A program made the position numbers and the translations under genes. A stretch of 64,000 nt of DNA from Pyrinomonadaceae bacterium (lineage in GTDB: Bacteria; Acidobacteriota; Blastocatellia; Pyrinomonadales; Pyrinomonadaceae): positions 1 through 64,000 of the forward strand of contig JBKBYA010000008.1 of the NCBI GenBank assembly GCA_046313635.1. Reading direction: 5' to 3'. Numbering within the stretch: the stretch's first letter is position 1; the number at the start of each line of letters is the position of its first letter. Below the pieces are notes generated by a model that did not search any database, was not told the DNA's origin, and was given only the letters and a program-made list of their open reading frames with translations. This document shows, piece after piece, positions 8,904-17,415 of the stretch.

Positions 8904-10355
8904 TCATTTATCGGAAAACTGGATGATATTTCCTGCCATACCGCGGAACACGAAATAGTGAAAGGGCAACACGGAATACCAGTAGAGCCGTCCTAGTAAT
9001 CCTTTCGGACGGAATGTCGCGGTCTGTTTTAGAAAGTCCCGTCCCTCTTTTCTTACGACGACAAACTCGAGCCACGCTTCGCCGGGCAGTTTCATTTCCG
9101 CATAGAGCAGAAGACGCCTGTTTGGTTTGTCCGCCACGAGGACCCGCCAGAAATCCAGCGTGTCACCGGCGTTGATGGTACTGGCATTCGTCCGCCCGCG
9201 GCGCAGTCCGACACCGCCGAACATCTTGTCCATCACGCCCCGGATAGACCAGAGCCAGTCAGCGTACTACCAGCCACGGCTTCCGCCGATAGACCAGATA
9301 TTCTCGACGACCTTATCGACGTCCTTGGTGATCGGCACGGTCCGTTCATCTGCAAAGCACCCGTTGACCGGCACCTCCAAGTACTCACGCAGCGAATTAT
9401 GCTTGTAGCTCGAAACAAGAGAATCTTTCCAGCTCGAAACCACGCTGTTCTGCGCGATCTTCTGAAACGCCAATCGGACGGCTTCCTTGTAGTTCATCGG
9501 ATGGATCCCGAGCCGCTCGCTCAGATCGTTCTGTTTGGCGATGACCTCGACCTTCATACTGTTCACGAGATTCACGGCAAGGCGGTAGGATGTACTCGTG
9601 ACAAAATACAGCCAGTACGACGAGAGCTTCGGCGTCATCACCGGAACGGTGAAAATGTAGCGTCTGAGACCGCGTACCTCGGCAAACTGCAACAGCATTT
9701 CCTTATACGTCATGACGTCCGGTCCGCCGATATCATAAGACTCGCCATAGGTGTCTTCGCGGAGAAGTACACCGGTGAGGTATTCGAGGACGTTGCGGAT
9801 AGCGATCGGCTGCGTTCGCGTGTTCAGCCATCGGGGCGCGATCATCACCGGTAATTTTTCGACCAGATCACGGATGATCTCGAACGACGAGCTGCCCGAC
9901 CCGACTATTATCGCGGCTTTAAGAGAGGTCACCGGCACGCTGCTCGTACGGAGGACCTCGTCAACCTGTTTTCTCGACGCGAGGTGCTTCGAAAGGGCTT
10001 GCTCGTTTGTAATTCCGCCGAGATAGATTATCTGCTTTGCAGACGTTTGATCTATCAACTCAACAAAATTCTGGGCCGCGGTCTTCTCCAGCTTTTCGAA
10101 ACTTGATGAGTCGTCGTCGCTCATCGAATGGATCAAGTAGTAAGCGGCATCGATGTCCTTCAGCCCATCGCTTACGGAAACGTCACTCAAAAAATCGATG
10201 TCGTGGACCGAGACGTTCGGATGTTTATAGAATCCATCCCGCGGAAATCTATTCTTGTCTCTTACCGCACACACGACTTCGCAACCCCGCTCGATAAGAA
10301 GCGGCAAAAGGCGCTTTCCGATGTAGCCACTGGCGCCGGTAAGAAGGACTTTCAT
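8904..10355 (-). pseudogene. YbjT-like SDR/NAD(P)H-binding + DUF2867 protein interrupted by one in-frame TAG at 9267-9269
   Basis: ORFs 9267..10412 and 8904..9236 are in the same frame; sequence reads SIGGSRGW*YADWLWSIRGVMDK; TGASGYIG Rossmann motif and AEMKLPGEAWLEF C-terminal motif. Confidence 0.8.
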
Positions 10356-10398
10356 TGAAGCTAGTGTACTATCGTCGTCGTTTTGGCGTAAGACGAAA

Positions 10399-11052
10399 GC
10401 GTGCGGAAGCACGCGCTAATAACTTTAGCTACCCACGCGCGAAGCGAGTGTGTAGTCAGAATGCAAATTAAACCGAGCGTGTGCGACACGCGTCACCCGA
10501 CCCGATGTCGCATACACGCTTTCTTTACCACATCGTCTTTGCAACAAAGGATCGTGTCCCTCTGATCTCGGAAAACTGGGAAACGGATCTCTACCGCTAT
10601 CTCGCAGGAATCATCAAAAACCACGACGGCGAAGCCATCGAAATCGGAGGCATCGCCGACCACATCCATCTGCTCGTGCGGCTGGAACCCAAAACTTCAT
10701 TCTCCGACTTCATGCGCGAGTTGAAGGCATCCCCTCGCGATGGATACGCCAAAATCACCAACCCAAATTCTCATGGCAGCGGCGCTACGGCGCGTTCACG
10801 GTAAGCGAATCGATTTCGAATGACGTGCGAAGGTACATCCGCCACCAGAAGGAGCATCACCGGCGCCGATCGTTCGAGGACGAGTACAGAGCGTTGTTGA
10901 TTCGCCACCGTATCGAATTTGTCGAAGAGTATCTTTGGACGTGACAGGTACGCGTGTTACACACGCTCGGTGTTTGTGGTAATTGCCGCATTCTACACAT
11001 GCCGCCTGCGGCTACATGTGTAGCTAAAGTTATCGACGCGTGCGATGCACGC
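10399..11052. mobile_element. Y1/HUH transposase element with about 100-bp imperfect terminal inverted repeats
   Basis: Left 10399-10497 and right 10947-11052 share inverted blocks ATAACTTTAGCTAC and ACCGAGCGTGTG..ACACGCGT plus terminal GCGTGC hairpins. Confidence 0.75.
10505..10944 (+). pseudogene. tnpA: IS200/IS605-family (Y1, RAYT-like) transposase, frameshifted near 10732
   Basis: YHIVFATKDR, HUH motif DHIHLL; after ...LKAS the frame shifts and continues SRWIRQ..FSWQRRYGAFTVSES..RRYIRHQKEHH to TGA 10944. Confidence 0.85.
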
Positions 11053-11060
11053 TGCTCGGT

Positions 11061-11457
11061 TTAAAAATACGGTCTGGCCAATCCTAGAGGCTCCGCTTTT
11101 CTTTCTTGCCTCTTTCCTGATTTCGAAAAGGAAGCCCAATCAACTTCCCCGTAGACAAAGGAACAATTAAGCCAGGCCGCGACAGCATAGGCAATAAGCA
11201 AAAGCGTCGCGATAACACGGCCCCACGTGCTGAGAGCGTTTCCGACCGGCACTGTGTGAGTTTCGATGAACATCATCATGCCTGCAAGAAAGCCGGTGGC
11301 ACTAGTCAGCACTATGTAAATAACCAGACTTACTGTGAATTTGACGATTATTCTCGATGGACCTTCTCCGCGAACATGCGTGACATAGGCAAATGCGATC
11401 AGGCACGAGATATGTTGCCGCGATGAAAAACCAGACTAACGCAAGAATAAACTCCAT
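11061..11457 (-). pseudogene. Small membrane protein, probably frameshifted
   Basis: GGAG RBS and ATG 11457 (MEFILALVWFFIAAT) are out of frame with the hydrophobic ORF ending at 11061, whose frame is open back to about 11410. Confidence 0.45.
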
Positions 11458-11484
11458 CTGCAGCTCCGACGTAAGGCGCCCGAG

Positions 11485-12084
11485 CTAGTTTTTCACTCTT
11501 TTCTGCATCTTGGCAAGCACCTTTTCACCTCTTGGCGACAATCTGTAACCGGGCCTCAAGCTCTCTGTCAGGCCGAGGGCTTTTAGTTTGCGGACCCAGG
11601 GTTTGAAAGTTGGAATGTCGAGACCGATCTGACCGGCGAGGATGGCGGCGTGGGTGTTTGGTTGGTCGTGGATCATTTGCAAATAAACTTGCGTCCACTC
11701 GCCGCGTTTGCTGTGGGCGTCTAGGGCGCGGAGTTTGTCGATGATCTCGTCGAGCTCTCTGTCCGACAGCTCGGCTTTGACCCGCAGAGCCCTTCGCGGG
11801 TCTTCGCCGATGTAGCGGACCTTGATGCGGTAAAGCTCGGTCTGCTCGCCGTCGCGCTCGTAGAGCTGATGGAGTAATTCCTGCTTCGTTGCAAAGCCCG
11901 CCGCCTTTGCGTCCTTTGCGGTGATCTTTGACTCCCGCACGGCGTCGACCGCGTCGATGCCGATCACGCCGAGCTGCGTCATCTGCGTGCCGCCGGCCCG
12001 GACGCCACACTTCTTCCAACGGCGAAAGAGCAGCGTGACCCTTCCCGCGCGGATGTCTTCGATGGTCTTGTTCTTGAGCAGCAT
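11485..12084 (-). CDS. Hypothetical protein, ASCH/PUA-like N-terminus and winged-helix-like C-terminus
   Basis: IRAGRVTLLFRRW..V.AG, ITAKDAKAAGF; FK..VRKLKALGLTESL.GYRLSPRG. Confidence 0.7.
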   Translation of the reverse strand: MLLKNKTIEDIRAGRVTLLFRRWKKCGVRAGGTQMTQLGVIGIDAVDAVRESKITAKDAKAAGFATKQELLHQLYERDGEQTELYRIKVRYIGEDPRRALRVKAELSDRELDEIIDKLRALDAHSKRGEWTQVYLQMIHDQPNTHAAILAGQIGLDIPTFKPWVRKLKALGLTESLRPGYRLSPRGEKVLAKMQKRVKN

Positions 12085-12107
12085 ATCGCCGAACGCATTC
12101 GCGTTCG

Positions 12108-12132
12108 TGCGGACGAGGGCGTCCGCGTTCCG
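12108..12132. repeat. Single REP-like unit identical to 2624-2648
   Basis: TGCGGACGAGGGCGTCCGCGTTCCG. Confidence 0.85.
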
Positions 12133-12411
12133 TCAGCCGCCGCTGACGGCGTTGAAGATGTGGATCTCGTCCGCGTTCAGACGCGTCGCGAGGCCGTCGA
12201 GACGCTTGACGTCGCGGCTGCCGACAAAGACGTTCACGTGCTTCCGTATCTCGCCCTGCTCGTCGAGCACGCGGTCGCGCAGCGCAGGATGCAGCCGCCA
12301 AAGCGACTCGAGCGCCTCGCCCACCGCCGCAAATTCCCCGTCGAGCCGCACCTCGGTCACGCCGGCCGTAAAGCTCTTGAGATGTCCGCTGAGAAGTATC
12401 GTCAACGCCAT
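12133..12411 (-). CDS. MoaD/ThiS family ubiquitin-like protein
   Basis: 92 aa, HVNVFV, C-terminal AVSGG di-glycine. Confidence 0.9.
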   Translation of the reverse strand: MALTILLSGHLKSFTAGVTEVRLDGEFAAVGEALESLWRLHPALRDRVLDEQGEIRKHVNVFVGSRDVKRLDGLATRLNADEIHIFNAVSGG

Positions 12412-12420
12412 TACCGATAG

Positions 12421-12455
12421 TTAATTACTAATTACTCAATTAGTAATTATTAATT
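12421..12455. repeat. AT-rich inverted 7-mer array
   Basis: TAATTAC TAATTAC ... AGTAATT ATTAATT. Confidence 0.55.
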
Positions 12456-12464
12456 GGTGTTCGA

Positions 12465-13535
12465 TCACTTGAGGGTGTATGCCTTGACGCAGCAGATCTC
12501 GGGGAGCGAGCCTTCGATCAGCTTCCACGAGTCGCCGTCGTCGAACGAGCCAAAGAGCTTGCCATTCTTTGTGCCGAAAAAGATGTTGTCGCCGGTCGAG
12601 TCCATCGCGTCGCGGAGAATGACCTCGTAGGCATTTTTTTGCGGTAGACCTTTGGTCAGCGGCTGCCACGACTTGCCTTCGTCTCGTGTGCGGTAAACGC
12701 GGAGCTTGCCGTCGCAGGTGAATCGCTCGGCGTCCTTCTGCAGCGGGACGATAAAGGCCGAGCCGCTCTCGCTTACGGTGAGGCCAAAGCCGAAGTTTGA
12801 CGGCAGTCCGTCCTCGATCTCTTGCCAAGTCACGGCGCCGTCGCGGCTGCGGTAGACGCCGTGATGATTTTGCAGGAAGTACGTGTTCTTCTTTTTAGGA
12901 TGCCGCGCGATCTTGTGCACGCACTGGCCGAACTCGGGAAACTGGTTCGGCAAAAAGTAAGCTTTGACGCCGGTATTCGATACCTGCCACGACTCGCCGC
13001 CGTCGCTGGTCTGGTAAACGCCGCCGGTCGAGATCGCGATCTTAATGCTCTTGGGATCTTTTTTGTCGGTAACGATCGTGTGCAGGCAGAGGCCGCCAAA
13101 GCCGGGCTGCCACTTTTTGCGGTGCGGGTGGTTCCAGAGGCCTTTGTTCAGCTTCCAGGTCTCGCCGCGATCGTGCGATTCGAAAAGTGCTGCCGGTGCG
13201 ACGCCGACGTAGAGCGAATCGGCGTCGCCGCCCGGCGCGATCTGCCAGATGTTCTCGAGCGACTTCTTTGTCGCGGGCGGCATCTTGATCCGCATCTTTT
13301 CGGGCGAGTCCCAGGTCTCGCCCATGTCGGTGCTTTTGAGAAGCTCGGCGCCGAAATGCCAGCTCGTCGCCGCGGCCCACATTTCGTTCCGGCCTTTGCG
13401 GTCGTCGAATAAAGCCGCGTAAACCGCGCGGCCCGGAAAGTGCAGGCCCGTCATCTTCCAGCCGTCTTTGCCGCTGCCGCCGCGAAGGATGAACAGGCCC
13501 TTCGCCGTTCCGACCATTAGGAGTGTCTCGCTCAT
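12465..13535 (-). CDS. BNR/Asp-box repeat beta-propeller (sialidase-like) protein
   Basis: Repeated S.D.G.(T/S)W Asp boxes; LHTI, GQCVHKI, QNHHGVYRS motifs. Confidence 0.85.
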   Translation of the reverse strand: MSETLLMVGTAKGLFILRGGSGKDGWKMTGLHFPGRAVYAALFDDRKGRNEMWAAATSWHFGAELLKSTDMGETWDSPEKMRIKMPPATKKSLENIWQIAPGGDADSLYVGVAPAALFESHDRGETWKLNKGLWNHPHRKKWQPGFGGLCLHTIVTDKKDPKSIKIAISTGGVYQTSDGGESWQVSNTGVKAYFLPNQFPEFGQCVHKIARHPKKKNTYFLQNHHGVYRSRDGAVTWQEIEDGLPSNFGFGLTVSESGSAFIVPLQKDAERFTCDGKLRVYRTRDEGKSWQPLTKGLPQKNAYEVILRDAMDSTGDNIFFGTKNGKLFGSFDDGDSWKLIEGSLPEICCVKAYTLK

Positions 13536-13546
13536 AGGTATGAATA

Positions 13547-13653
13547 AGTTCAGTGTTCAGAGTTCGGGGTTCAGAGTTCAGGGTTCAAAGTTCAGCGTCC
13601 GGGCGTCGAGTTGGGAATCCCAACTCTGAACTCGGAACCCTGAACTCCGAACT
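13547..13653. repeat. Inverted pair of 7-mer tandem arrays (AGTTCAG / AACTCTG)
   Basis: About 8 AGTTCAG-type units at 13547-13602 and about 4 complementary units at 13622-13653. Confidence 0.85.
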
Positions 13654-13659
13654 AAATTT

Positions 13660-15180
13660 TCACCACCAGCTGCTTTTCTTTTTGGACGAACCGCCGCCCA
13701 GAATTCCGCCGAGCACGCCGCGAACGATCTGCGTGCCGATCGAACGGCCGATGCTGCTCGCCGCCGAACGCGCGACCGACTTGGTGATCGACTCGACGAG
13801 CGTATCGGGCTTGCGGGCCTCGGCACGTGCGGCCTTCTCTTCGGCCTCGGCCTGTTTGGCGGCCGCTTCTTGCGCCTCGGCCTGCTGCTGTGCGGCAAGA
13901 CGCTCCTGGGCCTTTCGCTGCAGTATCTCGAATGCCGACTCGCGATCGACCGCGTTCTCGTAAACGCCCGCGACGAGCGAAGTGTCGATCAGCTGCTGCC
14001 TCTGCTCGGGCGTTACGGGGCCGAGACGGCTGACGGGCGGTACGACGAAGGCGCGATCGACCATCGTCGGCGTGCCTTTTTCGTCGAGCATCGAGATGAG
14101 GACCTCGCCGACGCCGAGCTCGGTTATGACCTTTTCGGTATCGAGCTTCGGGTTTTCGCGAAAGGACGTCGCCGCGGCCCTGACGCCTTTTTGCTCCTGC
14201 GGCGTGTAGGCCCGCAGCGCGTGCTGCACGCGGTTGCCGAGCTGGGCAAGGACCTTTTCGGGGATGTCGGCCGGATTCTGCGTGACGAAATAAACTCCGA
14301 CTCCTTTTGAGCGGATAAGACGGACGACCTGCTCGACCTTTTCGACGAGCGCGTTGGGCGCGTCGCTGAAGAGGAGATGGGCCTCGTCAAAAAAGAAGAC
14401 GAGCTTCGGCTTCTCCAGATCGCCCGCTTCGGGCAGATTCTCAAACAGCTCCGACAGCAGCCAGAGCAAAAATGTCGAATACACCTTCGGCGCGTTGATA
14501 AGCTGGTCGGCGGCGAGCAGGTTGAGCACGCCGCGGCCCGAGACCGTCTGCATAAAGTCGTCGAGCTTCACCGCCGGCTCGCCAAAAAACTCTTCGGCTC
14601 CCTGCTGCTCGAGCTGCAAGAGCCCGCGCTGGATCGCGCCGATCGAGGCCTTTGAGACGTTGCCGTATTTGGTCGTGAACTCATCGGCATTCTCCCCGAC
14701 AAATTGGAGCATCGACTGCAGGTCGTTGAGATCGAGCAGCAAAAGGCCGCTCTCGTCGGCGATCTTGAATGTGAGCGTCAGCACGCCCTCCTGCACCTCG
14801 TTGAGCTGCAGCATTCGCGCCAAGAGCAGCGGCCCCATCTCGGAGATCGTCGAGCGTAAAGGGTGACCCTGCTTGCCAAAGACGTCCCACAGCGTGACGG
14901 GGCTGCCCTCAAACTCGACGTTCTCGATGCCGAGCTGCTTGAAGCGGTCGTCGACCTTTTGATTGCCGCCGCCGGGCTGGCTCACGCCGGTCAGATCGCC
15001 CTTGATGTCGGCCATAAAGACCGGCACGCCGCGACGGCTGAACCCCTCGGCGATGCGTTGCAGCGTCACGGTCTTGCCGGTGCCGGTCGCGCCTGTGATG
15101 ACGCCGTGGCGGTTGGCCATGTTGGTCAATAGATAGAATTCTTTTTCGTCGTTCTTGGCGACGAGGATCGGTTCGGTCAT
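13660..15180 (-). CDS. HerA/FtsK-like ATPase, DUF853 (YjgR) family
   Basis: [16 protein letters not shown]alker [11 protein letters not shown]alker [19 protein letters not shown]. Confidence 0.92.
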   Translation of the reverse strand: MTEPILVAKNDEKEFYLLTNMANRHGVITGATGTGKTVTLQRIAEGFSRRGVPVFMADIKGDLTGVSQPGGGNQKVDDRFKQLGIENVEFEGSPVTLWDVFGKQGHPLRSTISEMGPLLLARMLQLNEVQEGVLTLTFKIADESGLLLLDLNDLQSMLQFVGENADEFTTKYGNVSKASIGAIQRGLLQLEQQGAEEFFGEPAVKLDDFMQTVSGRGVLNLLAADQLINAPKVYSTFLLWLLSELFENLPEAGDLEKPKLVFFFDEAHLLFSDAPNALVEKVEQVVRLIRSKGVGVYFVTQNPADIPEKVLAQLGNRVQHALRAYTPQEQKGVRAAATSFRENPKLDTEKVITELGVGEVLISMLDEKGTPTMVDRAFVVPPVSRLGPVTPEQRQQLIDTSLVAGVYENAVDRESAFEILQRKAQERLAAQQQAEAQEAAAKQAEAEEKAARAEARKPDTLVESITKSVARSAASSIGRSIGTQIVRGVLGGILGGGSSKKKSSWW

Positions 15181-15207
15181 AGATCTCCTGTTCGGCCAGC
15201 GGGCAAA

Positions 15208-15648
15208 CTAATTTGTTTCGAGCATCGAGCCGTGAGGCTTTTCGACATTGAACATCCAGTTGATGCCGAATTTGTCGGTCAGCATCCCAAACCGCTCGGC
15301 CCAGTACGTCTCCTGCATCGGCATCGTAACACTGCCGCCCTCGGCCAGCCGGTCAAACATTCGCGCGGCCGCGTCAGCGTCGTCGAGCCCGACGGCGAGC
15401 GTGACGTTGTTGCCGATCTTTAGCTCACCGGCCGGCATCATCGAGTCGCAGGCCATAAGGTGCGTATCACCGATGCGGAGCGTGCAGTGAATGACCTTGT
15501 CGGCCGAGCCCTCGGGCGCGTGCTCCGCCATCGGCGAATCGCCGTACCGCTCGAGATAGAGCAGCTCGGCATCGAGAGCGTCCTTATAAAAGTTGACAGC
15601 CTCTTCGCAATTGCCCGGAAAGGCGACGTAAGGTTTGACTCCGATCAT
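15208..15648 (-). CDS. VOC family protein (PhnB/YjdN-like)
   Basis: PYVAFPGNCEEAVNFY, TYWAERFGMLTDKFGINW; GGAG RBS before ATG 15648. Confidence 0.88.
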   Translation of the reverse strand: MIGVKPYVAFPGNCEEAVNFYKDALDAELLYLERYGDSPMAEHAPEGSADKVIHCTLRIGDTHLMACDSMMPAGELKIGNNVTLAVGLDDADAAARMFDRLAEGGSVTMPMQETYWAERFGMLTDKFGINWMFNVEKPHGSMLETN

Positions 15649-15671
15649 TGTATTGGCTCCTTGGTCAAGGT

Positions 15672-15831
15672 CGTGACGAGTCACAAGTGGCTAGGGACGA
15701 GACAACGAAAACGAGATGAGCGATCTCGCGCCGCCACGCCCCGCTAACACTTCTTCACTTCTTCACTTCTCACTTTTCTCCACACTCGTCACTCCTCACT
15801 CGTCACTTTTCACTCGTCACTCGCCACTCCC
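15672..15831. repeat. 7-mer arrays (GTGACGA-type ... CACTCGT-type) in inverted orientation
   Basis: CACTCGT CACTCCT CACTCGT CACTTTT CACTCGT CACTCGC CACTCCC at 15783-15831; degenerate complementary units at 15673-15700. Confidence 0.75.
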
Positions 15832-15833
15832 CC

Positions 15834-16442
15834 TCAACACTTTTCATACTTCCAGTTTCGCCGCTTGCCCTCTGCGAGCCATTCGATCGTGGTGGCCAGT
15901 CGCTTTTCCCGCGTCGGCTCGGTCTTGGCTTCGGTGATCCACTCGATGTATTCCCGTTTGCAGCTGTAGGGAAAGGCATCGAACGTCTTCTGCGCGGCCT
16001 TGTTCTTTTTGAGCGCGGCGGCGAGCACGTCGGGAACGACGAGTTCTTTCTTTGCATCGGCCGAAGGTTTGGGCCTTGCGACCTTGACGCCTTTTTCGTT
16101 GAGTTCGACGGCTTTTTTTATGAGATCGACGAGCACCTTGTCGGCCGGCAGGTCCTTTTTCGAAGTGATCCGGCCAAAGCTGCCCATCGCCGTCTTCTCG
16201 GCCGGAAAGGCGTCGGACTCCAGCAGCGACTGCTTCCAAAAACTGAGCGCGCAGTGCTGCTTGAATGCGGCCATTCCGCATACCAGACCTTTGTACTCAA
16301 AGGCCGGCATGCTCCACTTGAGCGTTTCGGTGATCTCGGGGCAGGCCTTGTGAACGAGCTTGCGGAAATGCGTCAGGATCGGCCTGGCAAATTCGGCTGA
16401 CCGCTCGATGTAGGCATCGACACGCGGATCGGTGACGGGCAT
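15834..16442 (-). CDS. YdeI/OmpD-associated family protein (DUF1801 + OmdA)
   Basis: DPRVDAYI, ETLKWSMP, KREYIEWITEAKTEPTREKR; start moved to ATG 16442. Confidence 0.88.
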   Translation of the reverse strand: MPVTDPRVDAYIERSAEFARPILTHFRKLVHKACPEITETLKWSMPAFEYKGLVCGMAAFKQHCALSFWKQSLLESDAFPAEKTAMGSFGRITSKKDLPADKVLVDLIKKAVELNEKGVKVARPKPSADAKKELVVPDVLAAALKKNKAAQKTFDAFPYSCKREYIEWITEAKTEPTREKRLATTIEWLAEGKRRNWKYEKC

Positions 16443-16489
16443 ATTGGTCTCCTTCTCTGCTATCAGGGCGGAACGAAAATAGGCAGGCA

Positions 16490-16900
16490 TTATATCCGAT
16501 TGTCGCGGCGGATAACCAACTTGAGTCCCGACCATTTTTCGTCGACGGCGCAGACCTTGACGTCGACGAGACCGAGCGGCAGGGCGATGTCGCGGACGAC
16601 GTCCTCGGTGATCTCGGTCGGCAGCTTTGCGGCCCGCTTGTACCACGAGACCCAGATCGAGCCGTCCTGGCGTATGACGCCGCGATACTCTGCCAGCCGG
16701 CGCGCGAGATCGTCGCGGCTGTTTGTAAAGAGGTGAATGATGTCGACGCCCGCGCGCGGCCCGCTCGTAAGCGTGACGCCGGCGGGCAGAGGCTCGACGA
16801 GTTGGCGATAGTTTGACGGAGCGTTGACCGTCGCGACGGACGAGCCTTGTTTGATGCCGAGCTTTTTGGCGAGCGGCGTGCCCGAATAACCGGCCGTCAT
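16490..16900 (-). CDS. DUF3052-like protein
   Basis: GYSGTPLAKKLGIK, GLVDVKVCAVDEKWSGLK. Confidence 0.8.
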   Translation of the reverse strand: MTAGYSGTPLAKKLGIKQGSSVATVNAPSNYRQLVEPLPAGVTLTSGPRAGVDIIHLFTNSRDDLARRLAEYRGVIRQDGSIWVSWYKRAAKLPTEITEDVVRDIALPLGLVDVKVCAVDEKWSGLKLVIRRDNRI

Positions 16901-17286
16901 CTCGTCATCACCACGACCTGCCGCTCGCGCGGGCCGTCAAACTCGCAAAGGTAAATTCCCTGCCAGCGGCCGAGCAGAAGCTCGCCGTCTGCAAACGGCA
17001 CGGTCACGCTCGACCCGACAAGCGTCGTCTTGATGTGCGCGTCGGAGTTGTGCTCCGCATGGCGAAAGTTCGGCTCGTACTGCGGTATCAGCCGCCGCAG
17101 AAATCCGAGCATGTCCGACTGCACGTCGGGGTCGGCATTCTCGTTTACGGTCAGCCCGCAGGTCGTGTGCTGCGTGAATGCGACGCAGATGCCTTGGCCG
17201 CCTGCGTCGCGGACGACACGCGCGACGTCGCCGGTGATATCGATCATCTCCTCGCGGCCGCGAGAGGCGACCTTCAGTGTCCTCAT
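16897..17286 (-). CDS. yjbQ: YjbQ (UPF0047) secondary thiamine-phosphate synthase family
   Basis: HTTCGLTVNENADPDV, DAHIK, LGRWQGIYLCEFDGPR. Confidence 0.9.
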   Translation of the reverse strand: MRTLKVASRGREEMIDITGDVARVVRDAGGQGICVAFTQHTTCGLTVNENADPDVQSDMLGFLRRLIPQYEPNFRHAEHNSDAHIKTTLVGSSVTVPFADGELLLGRWQGIYLCEFDGPRERQVVVMTR

Positions 17287-17415
17287 CAAAAACTCTCCGC
17301 GGCGGCAATTATAGCAGAGCCCTCGCGGCGCGACGGCCGCCTGATCGGCCGCCGATTTTTGGCGAGGCCCATAGCTGTTAAACTCGATGAAAAGATCTAT
17401 CAGGGAGATTTGCGA

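Noticed and set aside
9267..9269. Pyrrolysine or genome-wide TAG recoding
   Set aside because: TAG terminates many normal genes here (for example imuB, namZ, serC), there are no pyl genes, and it is one substitution from a Tyr codon.
13547..13653. CRISPR array or LexA GTTC-N7-GTTC boxes in the GTTC-rich repeats
   Set aside because: Units are contiguous 7-mers with no unique spacers; GTTC spacing is N3/N10, not N7.
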